DNA of 63,958 nucleotides, counting the filler, from Choristocarpus tenellus KU-1152 (Eukaryota; Protista; Phaeophyceae), in assembly GCA_964200185.2 (NCBI GenBank). It is 12 parts of 12 records of this genome, joined end to end, with 100 filler letters (N's around TTAATTAATTAA, not from the genome) between each part and the next. Parts side by side here need not be neighbours in the genome. Positions count along the whole stretch, not along the records: positions 12,841 to 18,350 come from CAXNAD020010567.1; positions 18,451 to 21,153 come from CAXNAD020025490.1; positions 21,254 to 25,644 come from CAXNAD020014772.1; positions 25,745 to 29,928 come from CAXNAD020015798.1; 8 more parts are not named here. One strand, written 5' to 3'. The notes below the pieces were generated by a model. That model saw only the letters and a list, made by a program, of their open reading frames with translations, did not search any database and was not told the origin of the DNA. Position numbers and translations under genes: made by a program. Positions 13,036-26,779 of this stretch are shown one piece after another (position 1 is the first letter of the stretch; the number at the start of each line of letters is the position of its first letter).

Positions 13036-13450
13036 GTGCTGAATTAAGCCCAACATCCTCTCTGCACCCGTCCAAATGGAGCTGACCTCAAAGTTTGGCA
13101 AAACTACTTGTACCTCGAACTATTTCACCTCCAGCACTAATGACTCTGTTGAGGACACCAATGAACTGATGCACATCATGCAGCGCTTGGGTGTCGGTAT
13201 GAGGAGCGCCCATGTTGATGAGGATGCTCTTGACAATCTGCACCTCGAAACGCGGCGGAAAACCGTCTCAAGCTTCCATCGACGCGGCGAGAGTGTGGAT
13301 TGGTGTGGAAGACAAAGATGAAGTGGCCAATGCGATACTACAGGGTATGAAAGACCAGCTGCTCGAAGAATCCTTCTACCATTCGGACGATGAAAGCTCG
13401 GATGACGAGGATGACGATGGGTTTATGGGAGGGGGCAGCGCATCGGGGGC
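13036..13450 (+). pseudogene. Possible C-terminal remnant of a pogo/DDE_1-type transposase
   Basis: C*IKPNIL (cf. CWxKAxIL), then a frameshifted WIGVED segment and an acidic tail DDESSDDEDDD; contains a stop and a frameshift. Confidence 0.35.
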
Positions 13451-14499
13451 CGTGAGGAAAGGAGCAGTCATTTCAGTGTTCTCGATTTCTCCACTGCCTA
13501 GCACATTGAACTATGGTCAGATGGCAGTGGATACCCCACTATATCTCCTACCCTATGAACTACCTGTTGTACTACAACTTATTACATTGCCCTCTGTGTG
13601 TGCCTTTTTTCTCATGCGTTGGGTTCAGCAGTTCCACTGCTCCTTCCTCCACATCTTCCCTCGAATCTGGTGTGCACTCCCTCCATCCACAATCATTCTT
13701 CGTCACCCTAATCCAGATATTTTCGCTTGTCCTTTTTTGTGGTTTAGCTCAAGATGTCGTAAGGTACAGGTGTACCTTCCCAATGCACTCCTCATTTGAT
13801 CTTTCAAAGTCAAACTTCGTGCAAAGAAAACCCGGGCTCTGCAATCGAGGTTCGGACCCCAGCACTCTTGCAACAGAGTGCAGGCTGACAACAAACCGAG
13901 CTACGTGGACAAGCTCCGTTGCATTAATAGTGCATGACACCCGTCAGGTATGCAAGCAAAGAGCCTCTTACATGACTAGCAGATGAAAATTTTGCCCACC
14001 GCCACTGTGGTCATTTTATTTTTAAGTATGGTATATTGTCCGATGCCTTTCTGAACTCATCACCATCACCCTCAACCCGGTATTACCCACTGTGCTACTA
14101 TTGAGCAGTTGTTCGTTCAATGGCGACTATCCATGTTGCTCCCCATTCATTACGCACTACTCAAAGTACTTCATGCACAGCTATCCTCTTCCCCCTGGAT
14201 GAAGGGGGGTATAGACAGTTCAACCACAGGAACTGGTCTATGATAGCATGTAAGGACTCCACCCCACGTTGGAGCTTACAGCTCTGTTAGTTGTTAAAGG
14301 AGTGAGCATAGGTCTAGCCAAGGGCCATATGTGCTCCAAACATGAAATAATACAAACGCCTCAGCTATGTTAGGAAAAAAAACCATGCTGTGTGTACAAC
14401 ACCCAGAGCCAAGCATGCTACCAATAGTAGCAAAACTACCAGCTCGACAAAGAACAGCACACAATATCCAACTCAAATGGCAATCTTGTACTGTCGCCT

Positions 14500-17135
14500 A
14501 ATTGCATTGCGCGCTTGAGCGTGCATCTTCACTTTCTCCAACTATTTACATAGAAAGACAGGGACATCCTCTAAAATGGAAGAGAGTGGCTCCCATGTCC
14601 TTTCGTCCTCACTTAACCCCAACCAATCCACCAAAACCTGGTATTCATATCCTTCTACCCTGCGCACTGCCAGAATATCAGACATTTCAAATTCCCCCTG
14701 GTTCTGCATGTACTGGAATGTTGGCTTCATCTCTCTGGTCTCGTTCAGCTCCTTGTCTGCATAGAACAACAACCTCTTTAACCCCTGCACCATTGCTGCT
14801 CTCCAACGATGCCCAGCTTGCCCATGTGTGCACACATCATCAGGCATGTCCGCAGATCCTTTGCCTTATCAGGTATCCACATTGGGGATGTAACCGCAGC
14901 ACCCACCTGCAGCATACCATCCTGGTCATGATGTACACGGCCAGCAGCGGTCATAAATCCTCCGCTTTCACACACCGTCACACCCCCTAGGGCCTTGCTG
15001 GCCACTAGTTGTGTCTCAAGCATCACCTTTCTCAATGGCAGAGTGTCCTCTCCCTGCACCTCCGTAGACACAGCTACGGCTCGCACCGCCACCTTATTTA
15101 TCGTGGCCCAGTGTAGCTGTGATCCCTGGAAAGAACTACTCAGGCACACCAGCGGCTCATAGCTCATATTTTCCACTGCCACACCTCCATTCAGTTCCAC
15201 CTGAGGGATCTGTGCAACAAAACACCCCCAGTGCTTGTCAGAGCCGTCTGGAGACATCAGCACAGCACACTCCTCCCTGGGGTGTGAGAGTTCCACCGCC
15301 TGTGAGACAATGTTCACTTCGCTGAAATCCGTCACAAGCCAATAGCCTCGCCCCTCAGGCCTGGGCAAAGGCAATGATGGGTTACTCCATACATCCTGTG
15401 GGGACCACCTCAGCATCCACAGTACGACCAGCAGGCCCACAAATCCTGCCATCCAGCTGTTTCGTTCCGGATGGGACGCCCTGGGTCTGGCCTTCACAGG
15501 AGTCGCCCCTTCCTTCAGCACCACCCGTATGGGCTCCACCTTGGCAGGTAGGTCACGCCCCAAGAATACCCGGAACACATTGGTCCGGGTTGCTATCACT
15601 TGTTGTAGGCGCCCCCGAGGGCATCCCGGCCCGTTGTGCCTCTTGTAAGGAGGTTTCTAAGGCCAGGCCCCTTTTTTTTTTCTCCTCTGCAAGGTCCATA
15701 AGTTTAGAGCCTTGCTCCAGTAGTGTTGAGACGGAGTCTTCGCCTCTGTCCAGATGAGTAACCCCATGCTCTCCTGCGTCACCTTCACGTTAACACTCAC
15801 ACGCAGCATAGAAGTAATATCTTGCTCCAGACCTGCGATGTGCAGTTCTGTATTCCTTCAGGCCGCCTCCTCAAAGGATTGCTTCATGTCAAAGCCTAAC
15901 ACATCCCGTAATTTCTTGCTGCCCACAATTAAGACGTCACCATTGCCTAGTATAACTGCCAAGACAAGATTTCTCACCACCACGGGCCCATAGCCTGAGT
16001 GGAGTGAAACATTTACGGGACTAGTCACATTCCCCATGGACTCAGATTATCCATTTGCGATCTTGACGGGGAAGGGCTGGTGGAAGGACTTGGTTAGCAC
16101 TGCTCCACCAAAATGCTGCTGCATTTTTTGCATCAGGGTCTTAGATATGCCGGTGATCCCTGACCCTGGGTCCATCAGGGCCTTCATACTGAACGGCAAC
16201 TTCCCATGTATGTTGACCCCCACTGGAGTTGCATCTGTTGTACCATGGTAGCTTAGCATTTCTAGATCCACCTCTTCCGTAGCTAGGGACACATCCTCAT
16301 GAGTGCCCTGGATTTTTCGCAGGCTAGTATGGAGTACATAAGGAATAGTGTTGGGATCCGGGCTTGGCGGCAGCAGAGGCATCCCATGATCCACATCATC
16401 ATGAACCATCTCATTGTCCCTCACTGCCCTGCCACTCGTACTCCCACCACCAGTGCCTTGCCCGAACTCGGTAGCAGGCTGTGGAACTAGCGCCTGCTGG
16501 CTACTTGTACCTCGGGCTGCACCTAGACGGCTTGTTCCTCCCCTTACACTTGAGAGTTGCTGTCTGGCACCCCCGGGTTGTTATCTATACCATAGTCCAG
16601 ATCCCCTCCCAGGGTCTGTACCTCTACCACGATGTTGTGGATGCCTCTGCTGCTGATGCTGCTGCTGCTCCTTTCGGACTCCACCAGCAATCTTCGACAT
16701 TGAGCATGTTTATGCCCAACTTTCCCACACGAATCACAAGGCCCTTGGAACTTGTTCTTCCTCACGCTCAGTCCACTACCAGGTGTGCCTTCCCCTGGCT
16801 TGCCATTCGTCTCCCAAGACTTAGGTTTCCCCTCTTGGTATTTGCCACCAGGTTCACCTTGCTTGGTTCGTTTTGTTTCATATGCCTGGGCCCTCTCATA
16901 CTTTCTCCAGTTTTCGGCTTCCTCCTTTACCACCTCAAAGATCTGGTCTGGATCATTTTTTAGCTCAGGATCCCAAGCCAAGTACTTAGCAATTTCAGCC
17001 TTAAACGCAGGGGGTTTAAGCCCTGCAATAAAGGCCTCTGAGAGTACCTTTCCCGGCCCTGTTTTCCAAGTCTCCCCTACTTGTCCAGCATTTTTTTGGA
17101 AAGTCTCATTCAGATTTTTATCTTCCCAATATATT
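14500..17135 (-). mobile_element. Internally deleted Ty3/Gypsy chromodomain LTR retrotransposon
   Basis: Minus-strand order: gag with zinc knuckle CDSCGKVGHKHAQC (ORF 16544-17320), protease ALMDPGSGITGI (16047-16424), RT N-terminus IRVVLKEGATPVKARPR...GYWLVTDF, RNase H DGSDKHWG...SFQGSQLHWAT, integrase H2C2 start WIPDKAKDLRTCLMMCAH, chromodomain EYQVLVDWLGLSEDERTWEP (14542-14847). Possible PPT at 14184-14196 with an LTR starting near 14179. Confidence 0.9.
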
Positions 17136-18238
17136 TGAGTTCGTCTGGTGCCACCGGGGAGGCCAAGGGCAAGGAATATCGGCTGAGGATTTCCGTTCGT
17201 CGACGAGGTGAGAAGGGGGAGGTCGTGGAGTGCTGTAGTTGGACGTTCAAACCAACGAAGCACGGGCATATCCGCGACCTGGATAGTGAGCACTAGGCTG
17301 TTGGCAGATGCACCTCGCAAAAAAGCTGGTGATATTCAGACGCTCACGTTCACTAAGGGTGATCCACCCCCATTCGACCAGCCCAAAATGCCTCCCAAGG
17401 AGTATGTTGGACAGGTTAAGGGGATGAGACAGATTTTGGAATAGAGAGGTTTGTTTATCGCAGGGATGACCAAGGACGGGGGCAAGGACAGGAATAAGAG
17501 CATGAGCATGGCGTAAATTCTTGGGGAGCAGCCAGATTTCAAGGTGGTAGAACCGAGTCTTACGATTCTGATTGAGCGCCTCAGAGGACACTTGCGTGAT
17601 GCTTCCAAAGTGCCACTGTGAATTGAATCCTATTGAGATGGTCTGGGGGCGAGCGAAGCACTATGTACGAGGCCACTGTGACTACACGTTGCCTGGAATG
17701 AGAGANNNNNNNNNNGGGCTGTTCAGAGTAATTGTGGAGAGGTTCTTCAAGATGAGTATTGCTTACCACCTGATATATTCCAACGAGATAAACATGGAGT
17801 GCACCAAATTGGACAGGGTGTACAAGATATTCAAGCCTCACAGGAGGCCTGCACCTTCAGAATACCTCATTCGAATTAGCATGGATTGTGGTTCAGAGGC
17901 CCGGGTCCCCATGAATGAGCCTTAGTCAGCAGGTGACAACATCACTAAACGGGAAATAATGGAAAGAGAATGGAGAGACAACAACGCGCACGTTCTCTGG
18001 GTGAAGATGACCTCTTCTAGCGTCAAAATCGCGGTTGGCGAGGGTGCCACGCGGCGTGCACGGATTTTCGTATGGTCCTATATTTCTCACGATTACTGCA
18101 AGTTGACCAACCGAGACCCATCGAATAAGGTTAAGCATGATTATACGATTACAACAAACGAATTTTCATGAAAAAAATCGTTATTGATCAAACGTTATGG
18201 CACTACAACTTTGATGCAGGGGGCGACCGCCAACACTG
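17135..18238 (+). mobile_element. 3' part of an IS630-Tc1-mariner DNA transposon; DDE transposase pseudogene at ~17320-17870
   Basis: KGMRQILE*RGL...LGEQPDF...CVMLPKCHCELNPIEMVWGRAKHYVRGHCDY, with stops and a frameshift. Ends ...CACTG followed by TA at 18239-18240, a Tc1-type terminus and TSD. Confidence 0.85.
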
Positions 18239-18494
18239 TAGTGCATGAAATACAAAAAACAAAAAAGATACAATCGTGAGACCCAAAGTATCTGGGGGGG
18301 GGGGGGGGGGTTGAACCCAGGGGGCCGTTTTGGTCGATTGGGACCAAGACNNNNNNNNNNNNNNNNNNNNNNNNNNNNNNNNNNNNNNNNNNNNTTAATT
18401 AATTAANNNNNNNNNNNNNNNNNNNNNNNNNNNNNNNNNNNNNNNNNNNNTTGTGGGTGTGAGTTGGGTTTAGGGGTGTTTGGGGTTTTGGGGT

Positions 18495-18538
<44 letters not shown>

Positions 18539-18791
18539 CTACACCAGGGTGTCCATTTGGGCCCTGACCAGGAGAATTGCACATACATTATCCATCTGAC
18601 GCATGCAACCAACTCACACAAAAATCGCGGCATAGAAAAATGGGCCCCATATGGCTAGCCGTCACCTCCCCTAGATACTTTGAGTCATTTGCTGGCCAAC
18701 AACTATTGTACATTGTACTCTTTGTTTTCCCAGATACTATAAGTGGGTAGGGGATCGTTGGAGTTACAAGTCGTCAGACTCTTTGTCTCAC

Positions 18792-19109
18792 CTGTCCATG
18801 AGCTCTTTCCCTACAGAAGGTCTCTGTTGCGGCAATGATCTGTCTGTCCCTTTTGTCCCCACCTCATCTTCCCCTCCTTGGCCTCCCACTTCCCCTCCCT
18901 TGGCTCCTGCTTCAGTTGTATCTCGCCCACTATCAGTGATGGTTCGGGTGGTTGGAGTAGTCTGAGTGGTGTGCTGTGCCAGCTCGTGATCTTGAGGAGC
19001 AGCAATTGTCCACATTAAGGGTGCCACAGGCGATCTTGCTGTGAATGCTGGGGTTCTTGATGAGGGGGTAATGGCCGGAGTACACTTTCGCCAGTCACGC
19101 AACTGGTTC
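18792..19109 (-). CDS. Internal exon of an unidentified gene (low-complexity protein); further exons possible at ~19.6 kb and 20.0-20.7 kb
   Basis: Open frame NQLRDWRKCTPAITP...GKELMDR bounded by ctcag/ and /gtgaga; 318 nt, symmetric phase. Confidence 0.45.
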
Positions 19110-19188
19110 CTGAGAGATTTTGTGTAGTCCTACATGTCATTTGGGAGAGTATTATGCTTGTTATGCTTGGTATCTCTGGACAATGTCT

Positions 19189-19341
19189 GGCTCAAAGTAT
19201 CTGGGAGGGGAGGCTGCTGTCCATTTGGGGGCAATTTTTTCATGTCGCGATTTTTGGGTGATTTGGTTACATACATCGGATGGATAATGTATATGCACTT
19301 TTCCTGATTTTGCCCCAAATGGACACCCTGGTGTAGAACCA

Positions 19342-19373
<32 letters not shown>

Positions 19374-19388
19374 CAGATACTTTGGTTC
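19189..19388 (-). mobile_element. MITE family B (~180 bp), complete
   Basis: TIR G(G/A)CyCAAAGTATCTGGG with poly-G; 3-bp TSD TCT. Partial B copies at 9242-9324, 12841-12890, 18280-18350, 18490-18687, 21295-21426, 25526-25644, 39071-39142, 52931-52969, 53070-53119. Confidence 0.9.
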
Positions 19389-21524
19389 TCTTGACAAGAA
19401 AGTGTCTACTGATCATACATACATGCCTGGGCAATTGAGTGTGGTCACTTCAAGTATATTTCCATTTTTAGGCAAGCTTGGTACCAACACAATATACCGT
19501 GGATTTGAGTGTTACATTTGCTGCCCTTCAGCAGACCTGCAAGAATCCTAGAGCGGTAAACCACCCGTGCCAGATATACAGACAGACAGAAATCACATAC
19601 ATATTTTAAGGGCGATCCAAATCATGGAAGAACGTTCGGTGTTGGACAGATACTTTGTTCCCTGATGGGAACTGGTTTCTACAGCATGGCCGTTCTGTGT
19701 GTGTTGTAGTTATATGTTGGACTTAGGCTTAGCTACTACGGTATTCAGTGTTGTTGGGTAGTAATCGTTTTGGTATATGCCGAATTGGACCACAGACTTT
19801 AATGTACTTGATCGATTGAAGTATGTGGTCTGTGGAGGGAACGACCCCCAAATATAGTCAGGGGTTCAGACACACAAGGCTCTATTTTTTTCTTCTTTAA
19901 TTTGTTTTTGTGATCTTTCCCTGTAGCAAGACATATCCATTTGTCTTTTGTGAGAGAGAGGGCATCAGCCCAAGTTTTGCTCAGGAAACATCAGAGAATA
20001 TCCGATTCAAGTCTTGATAGTCTCATTTCAAAGAGTAACTTACACCAAAGGTGTGTCCCTTCTATACAAAGTCCGGTTCATACTAATAGAAGGTGCTGTT
20101 GCTGATACACTTAAAATGCCACTGGTGGGGTAGGCAATGGGAGGTAGAGTCAGTGATAGAACTACCAACTGATTTTTACTTTGAGAAATGTGGTTTTGTA
20201 TCTGACGTGTGACATCACGTACCAGACGTCTTCCATAGGTTGAAATTCTGTCATTAGTGTGTTCCATTCTAGATACGCTCTTAGTGCAAAAGACAGGGAA
20301 GAAAGTACTTCGAAGTATGCAACAATTTGTACTATGATGTAAGTAGACGATGTGGACGATTACAAATCTCACACTATCATAGGAGAGGACAGGGGTGGTC
20401 TCGCCTAACTGTTCATTCAGAATTATCGATATCAAACCAACCTATAACTTTTACCTCTGAATAATCAACACGTTCATTCATACCAAGTTTTATCATGTCC
20501 TGTGCTAGCACATTCACTGAGCCAAACCAATTGAGAGGTCTACCGGTTTAGAACCTTTGCATTCCAAACCATATTTCTTACCCTGTGCAATACACTCAAC
20601 TTTATACCTTAGTAAGGTGGTACCAGTAGCGTCGCCCTCTGTGGCAATCTTGAATATTTTCACCATGCACACACCAGAGATATATAATAATGTATATATA
20701 AAATGAAAGGGTATGACAAGAGGGTTTGAAGGTTTGTATCCACGAATGTCCGGGCTTCGGGGAACTGGAGCTATGTCCCGATCAACGGATGGCAAAAACG
20801 CTAGGGAATAGCTCCGGCGTAATTTTGAGGGTCAAAACTTCAAAACGGACAAAAATCAAGTAGTTGGCCGAAAGCCTTGCAGAAAACTGGTCCAGAGTAG
20901 GTCGCTGCTCCAGAGTAGGTCGCTGCCCAAGTTTGGAGTCCATATTTCGGTGAGAGAATGCACCCTTTTTGGATGTCCAGGTGAAAATCGTGGTAAAGGT
21001 TGTCATGTGTTATCTTTTTTTAAGATGTGACGCGGACGGCTGCGGCAGTAGGGTCAAAGTATCTCGGGGGGGGGTGCCGGCGTCCGTTTTTCACCCTTTT
21101 TTCGATTTTCACCTTTTTGGTGTGATTCGGTCGCACGTGTCGGATTTGAAATGNNNNNNNNNNNNNNNNNNNNNNNNNNNNNNNNNNNNNNNNNNNNTTA
21201 ATTAATTAANNNNNNNNNNNNNNNNNNNNNNNNNNNNNNNNNNNNNNNNNNNNGTGTTGTGTGTGTGGTGAGGGGGTTTTGTTTTTTTACCATTGTGTCT
21301 ATTCGGGCCCTGACCAGGAAAAGTGCACTTAAATTATCCATTCGACTCCTGCAACCAAATCACCCAAAAATGGAAAAATGGACTCCAAATGGACAGACAC
21401 AACCCCCCCCCCAGATACTTTATGCCATATAAACGCATCCCGGGGTACCTCTTGTATACTTCAGCTCTGGAAGCAAAATAGTTGCTAGGTTTGTTTTGAG
21501 CACCATGGCCGATTCAGTACTTCA

Positions 21525-21615
21525 GATATAAAAAATATAAAAAAAATATATAGATATACAAAATATAAAATATATACAAAATATAAAATATATACAAAAT
21601 ATAAAATATAAAATA
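21525..21615 (+). repeat. AT-rich simple repeat (AAAATAT/ATAC); other microsatellites at 925-957 (TA), 3413-3432 (CA), 61035-61062 (TG)
   Basis: Seen directly in the sequence. Confidence 0.8.
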
Positions 21616-21992
21616 GCTCTAGACTTTCGCTTCTCCTAAAATGAGAACGTCTAGCATTTGTGTAATTCTTGTATCAGTGAAATGTATGTATGATACTGTC
21701 AACCAGTTCAAGCACGTCAAAGTATTAACTCTACGAGACTCAGTAGAATGCTCACATTCAACAGCACATTTAGCAGTTCTTCCTGCCTGGCGCTCCTCAC
21801 TATCCCAGGTACAACATCTGTAACCTGCTCCCCGGAGTAGACATTATTGATGATCCCCCTGATACTTCTGTGTTATCATGATAATTTGCGTGACTCCTTC
21901 AATTCTTCTCATTTGCTGGTACATCTAAGCCCAGAGTGAGTGTGTGTGCGCACCTCTATGCCTAAACCATGTGCATACTCCGTGTACTGCAG

Positions 21993-24463
21993 TTGGCATC
22001 CGCCCGCGCCAAAGAAGCAGAGTCCTTGGTGCACTCCTTGCAACACAAGCGACCTGTGGGTATAGAGGGTGAAGAGGGAATGACTGACCTACAAATTGTT
22101 AAGGTGAGGAGATCTCCTTGCATCGGCCAACTGTTAAAGTTCGACAAGATCGGTTAAGGATTAAGGGGTTGGGAAGTGTCAGTTTCTGGTCAAAATCAAT
22201 GAGTCAGCGACAAAACCGATGGGGGTGGGGGGGGGGGGGGGGGGGGGTGGGGGGGGGGGGGGGTTGCGCGTGGGGGGGGGTGGCTTCAGAGCTTCATACC
22301 GTATTTTCGTTTTTTTTTTATTCATCCCCCCCTGGAATACTGAGATTGTGAGGACGCTGGGTAATCGGAATTAAAGAAAAACCGACAATAATTTTCGATA
22401 GGATGCCTCCATCGTGAAACCGACACCACTTGTGACCGTTCGCTCTTAGCATCACCAGTTAGTTGCAGTAGTTAGTTTATTTTTATTATTTCCTTGGCAG
22501 TTACGGAGAACGTTCTGTTCCCCCTTAACTATTGGGCGATACATTGATGAGCAGGAAATTCGGACCTGGGATCCTGTTCGTTGTGATGGCACCTCATCCT
22601 CTGCAGCTAAGACCGAGGTCTTCAAGGGCTTTTTCTCAGAAACGATATCAACTGACAAAAAATCGAGGGCAACAACGGCGTTGTTTGCAACTGAGCCTGC
22701 CCTCTCTGGGAGCTTCCATCCGGCATGTCATGGTGGACATAGGGTTGGGATGACCAAACTCAACGGAGGCCATGCTGTATTGCGCACTTGTCCTGAGCTT
22801 CAACTGAAACGACGAGCAGTGGGTGCCAGTGGAATGGAAGCAGTTGACGTAAGGTCATTCTCGGCAAGCGCTAAGGAAATGACTCGGAGGTGTCCCGTCA
22901 AGAGATTGATCGAAAATCTACAGCATCAGGTGCTGGAGGTGGAAGAAACTTTGGATGGGACAGGGGTAGTTGAGGCGGTGAAGCATATGCGAGGGGGAGA
23001 TCCTCCAGCCCTGGTGAGGAGATGGTGTGCAATTTATGGTTCAGTAGTGTGTGTTGTACGGAGTCATCAATGAGAGAGTCTTGAGAGGTACAGTTTCCGG
23101 CAATCAGCGATGCGCGAACCAGCTATTTGGTCAGTAGTCAATAGAATACTTGGGGTGATCTTGATTTCTTCTTTCCAGGGCACATTTGCATGCTAATGGT
23201 TCTACATCATTTTCAGCCATATCTACCTTTCTATGAACAGGAGATGGACAAAATCTACCATACTCGCCTCCATTATTAGTCTTTTTTCATTTTGCACCAC
23301 ATAGGCTCTCTGGTTTGGTGACTCCCATCTTGACTTCAGAAATGTTGTGGTGAAATACTCATGGTCATTTATATTCGAAGAATTCAACTGTTAGTGCAGT
23401 TTCAGTGGTGAGAATGAAACCATCTAAGAGAGAGGTCGAGTTTTGACTGTTTAAAGTTTCAAGGGCTTGTAATACCTACACCATGCTCATGCTCGAAATG
23501 CAGTTAGTTAACCCCCCTTCGGAAGCTGTGGCTGGGGAACAAGATTAGGTATGAAATCAAGAAGAGTAGTATTGAAATCATTGTTTACCAAATGTACCCT
23601 CCACAGTGTAAATGACATATATACCACAGATTAGTCGAAAATGCCCTCAGCACTCAACAAGATACTCTCTAACAACTTTATCTACTCAAACCAACACAAA
23701 ACTACCACGGCAAATATCATTTCGTTCGGTTGCTTTCCTGTCAAGAACTCTCAGGCGGTAGGTAGCACAATGATGCCCTACTTCAACTTCCAGAGTGAGA
23801 TAGGTTCGAGATCTAGATTTCCAAATGAAATCAATTTGACATACATACTCCAAGGATGCTATCTCTTCCAGTGTGCTTTTAAAAAGCACCCTCAGAAGTT
23901 ATTCAGTGAAAATGGAGACAGGTCTATGATCCTCTAACAGATGATAATACCTTTCCTCTGCAGTTTGGTTCCGATGGCGGCTCTCTTACCCAGTCAAAGC
24001 ATCTTGGAGGGTAGGGCCGCATCTATTTGAGGGTCAAAATCCAATGTTGCGATTTTGATGAGATTTTGACCATCTTGTTTGTTAGGAAGTGTCAATATCC
24101 TCGGTCCAGACACACCTTTCCATAACATATACATTTTATTTTACCTACTCTGAAGTGCTTTGGAGTAGGTAAAATGTCATTAAAAAAAAACCTTGGAAGC
24201 CAAGCCCCAAACGGACTAGCAGGGCAGAACTCATACCCTCTAAGATACTTTCACTCACCGGTCTCCTGCCCTCCCTCCATCCTCTTGCTTCCTTGTGCCA
24301 TGGACTCCTCCATCATATACACATTTTCACAGGTGGATGTGCATGCAAGAGTGCTTGCCTCTCTTCTACCAGCAGAAGAAAAGCGCCTGGGACTTGAATC
24401 ACAAGGGGTGGCTCGCTTTGGCAACCACTACAGCCCTGGGGCCAAGGCACTCTACCTTGACAA
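21993..24463 (+). CDS. Partial gene of unknown function; exons 21993-22103, 22501-23013, 24333-24463
   Basis: Three AG/GTGAGG-bounded exons in consistent phase: LASARAKEAESLVHSLQ...; LRRTFCSPLTIGRYIDEQE...LIENLQHQVLEVEETL...; VDVHARVLASLLPAEEKRLG... Confidence 0.6.
23991..24256 (+). mobile_element. MITE A
   Basis: Both TIRs present; 3-bp TSD ACC. Confidence 0.9.
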
Positions 24464-26779
24464 GTGAGGAAAGGATGTGGGGCCTAATATGGGGAAGATC
24501 ACATCTTAGCGAGCTTTGTATCTACTTGGTGGCACTATGTCTTCATGCTTACGCATTGTAGGAATACTGTAACTGACAGTCTCAGAAAAAATAAGAAGAA
24601 AGGATGAAACTGGGCATAATGTGTGCATGCAGAGCATCTACTACGACGTTTTGCCCATGAGAATAGAGGATATCTACTACTGAAAAAGGGAGTGGTGGTA
24701 AGGCTTTGTTTAGCCCACTGAGCCATTCCAATATTGAAGAGGCTTGGAACTTGAAGGGAGAGATGATCCACAAGTGTTGCAGAGGTTGCATTAATGGAAG
24801 ATGCACGCGTGGCGCATTGAACCATCAGGACACATTAGCATTTTACATTCCCCTCACCCTTCAATCCTGAACTGCACGTTTTACTATATGAACGTCAACC
24901 TCATCGATGCTATTATTTGTCATTTAATCTTGCATTGGCAAATGATTAATTAATGTATACTGGTCCCACAATTTTGGTTGAAAAATATCAAGTTTGAGAT
25001 TGCTCTGGACACTGTGTTGCAAGGGACTTGGTCGTCCTGATGTGGTGAGATGAGGTTGACTGGAATTGGACAGGCAGAACGTGTGGTATTAAATTTTTTG
25101 GCTGTGTTTTGGTGGGGGGCTAAGTTTGAGCGGTGTTGTGCTTTAGTGGGAGATGAGCATGTGGATTAATTGTTGAGTAGAGGATTCACCTCAAACAGAA
25201 TAAACATACGTCAAAGGATGGTATATTATTGACATGAGCAAAATATTAGAGCACCAGGCAAGAGATTTCAAGGCATTCACTGCCCGGGGAACACTTGAGA
25301 GGCAAGGTAGAGGCACAACATTCTACTAAAAAAAATCCAAAAATATATCTGTAGCTGACGAATCAGATTGTTTTTGTACCTTGTAAGTACAAGGGAAGTT
25401 TGAAGGACACCATATAATGTTCCATTGCTCAATCCATGCATTGCTAAAGGAAAAACGAAAACTGGTAGTCTTTGAAGGCTCAGATTTAAAGAGGTGAATT
25501 GACTTGGCCACCTGTGAGGAGTTTGGGCTCAAAGTATCTGGGAGGGGGTGGCGGCTGTCCATTTCGGGTCAAATTTTTCATATCGCGATTTTTGTGTGAT
25601 CTGGCTGCAATATGTCAGATGGATAATGCAAATGCACTCTTCCCNNNNNNNNNNNNNNNNNNNNNNNNNNNNNNNNNNNNNNNNNNNNTTAATTAATTAA
25701 NNNNNNNNNNNNNNNNNNNNNNNNNNNNNNNNNNNNNNNNNNNNAACATATCCATACCACACAAAGCAAAATACTCTACTTGAGTAGCTCTCTTTTTCAT
25801 AACGATGAGAGATGTGGGGCGTGTGTCAGTTGCGCACCAGGATATGAGGGATCATCCGAGCATCTGTTAGTGATGAAATTGTTCTTCGACATACAGTGGA
25901 CGTGTTTGTCCGGGGGCCAAGTTGTGTGTGTCACACCGTTGATCGTTGATGAGAACGAACTTTCATACCTCTGGGCGGTGCCTTGAGGAGAGCAGTGAAG
26001 GGCGTGGGTATCGGATATGGGTGACGATCCTCCAGCGTAATTGGCAGCCGATGCGGAGGGGCTCGCCTGTCACCGCATGTCTCGCATGAATTCTGTGCGT
26101 TTCTTGACGGATGACCTTAGTGTGTCGACGTTGATGTTGTATTTTCTTACTGTGACGGACAGAAGGGGTTGAAAGGTCGATGTCACCCCGTCATCGCCTA
26201 TTTCAACATCAGGAGCGATGCCGATGAGGATGGATTATGTACCTGGCGGGTGTACTCGGTGCTAAGATCTTTCTTTACACATTCCAGGAATGTCTTGACC
26301 TGGAGATCAGGCGTGGACTCGCATTTTTCCCGAGCCAGCACAACTCGCAGCACGCTCGCCAACGGTGCAAATCTGCTTTTCTCATCCAACAACCAAGAGG
26401 CAAGGTCGTTCCAAGTGCAGTCGCTTCCTTCCATCTCTTCCGGACCATCGTGGTTGACAAACATGGAGAGGAAGAGGTCCATAATCTGGTCCGTTTTCGA
26501 TTTCTTCCACGAACAAGCGGCACTGGTCTTGGGCAGTCTCTTTAGTCGCCGTTTCCTGAGTGGGATCCAAACGAGGTTACGATATGAGTTGGTGGGTTTG
26601 TTTCCCTTTGACATTAGTGATCGATCTTGATGATGCGAACATAGAGAATAATGCCTCTTTGTTCGGGGGAAGGGGCTTGCACAATGTTTGGTCACGAAGA
26701 GTGTTCCACGGAGTACGGCCATGTTGGATGACACCCTACGTTGAAAGCATGGAGAAGGGTGTGTTTGATATGTCGAGAA

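Noticed and set aside
16544-17320. 258-aa ORF read as one gag protein
   Set aside because: The first ~60 codons come from the antisense strand of the adjacent Tc1-like element; gag-like sequence starts near 17135.
17320-18238. Tc1-like transposase as the mobiliser of MITEs A-D
   Set aside because: Its CAGTG terminus and TA target do not match the MITE ends or their 3-4-bp TSDs.
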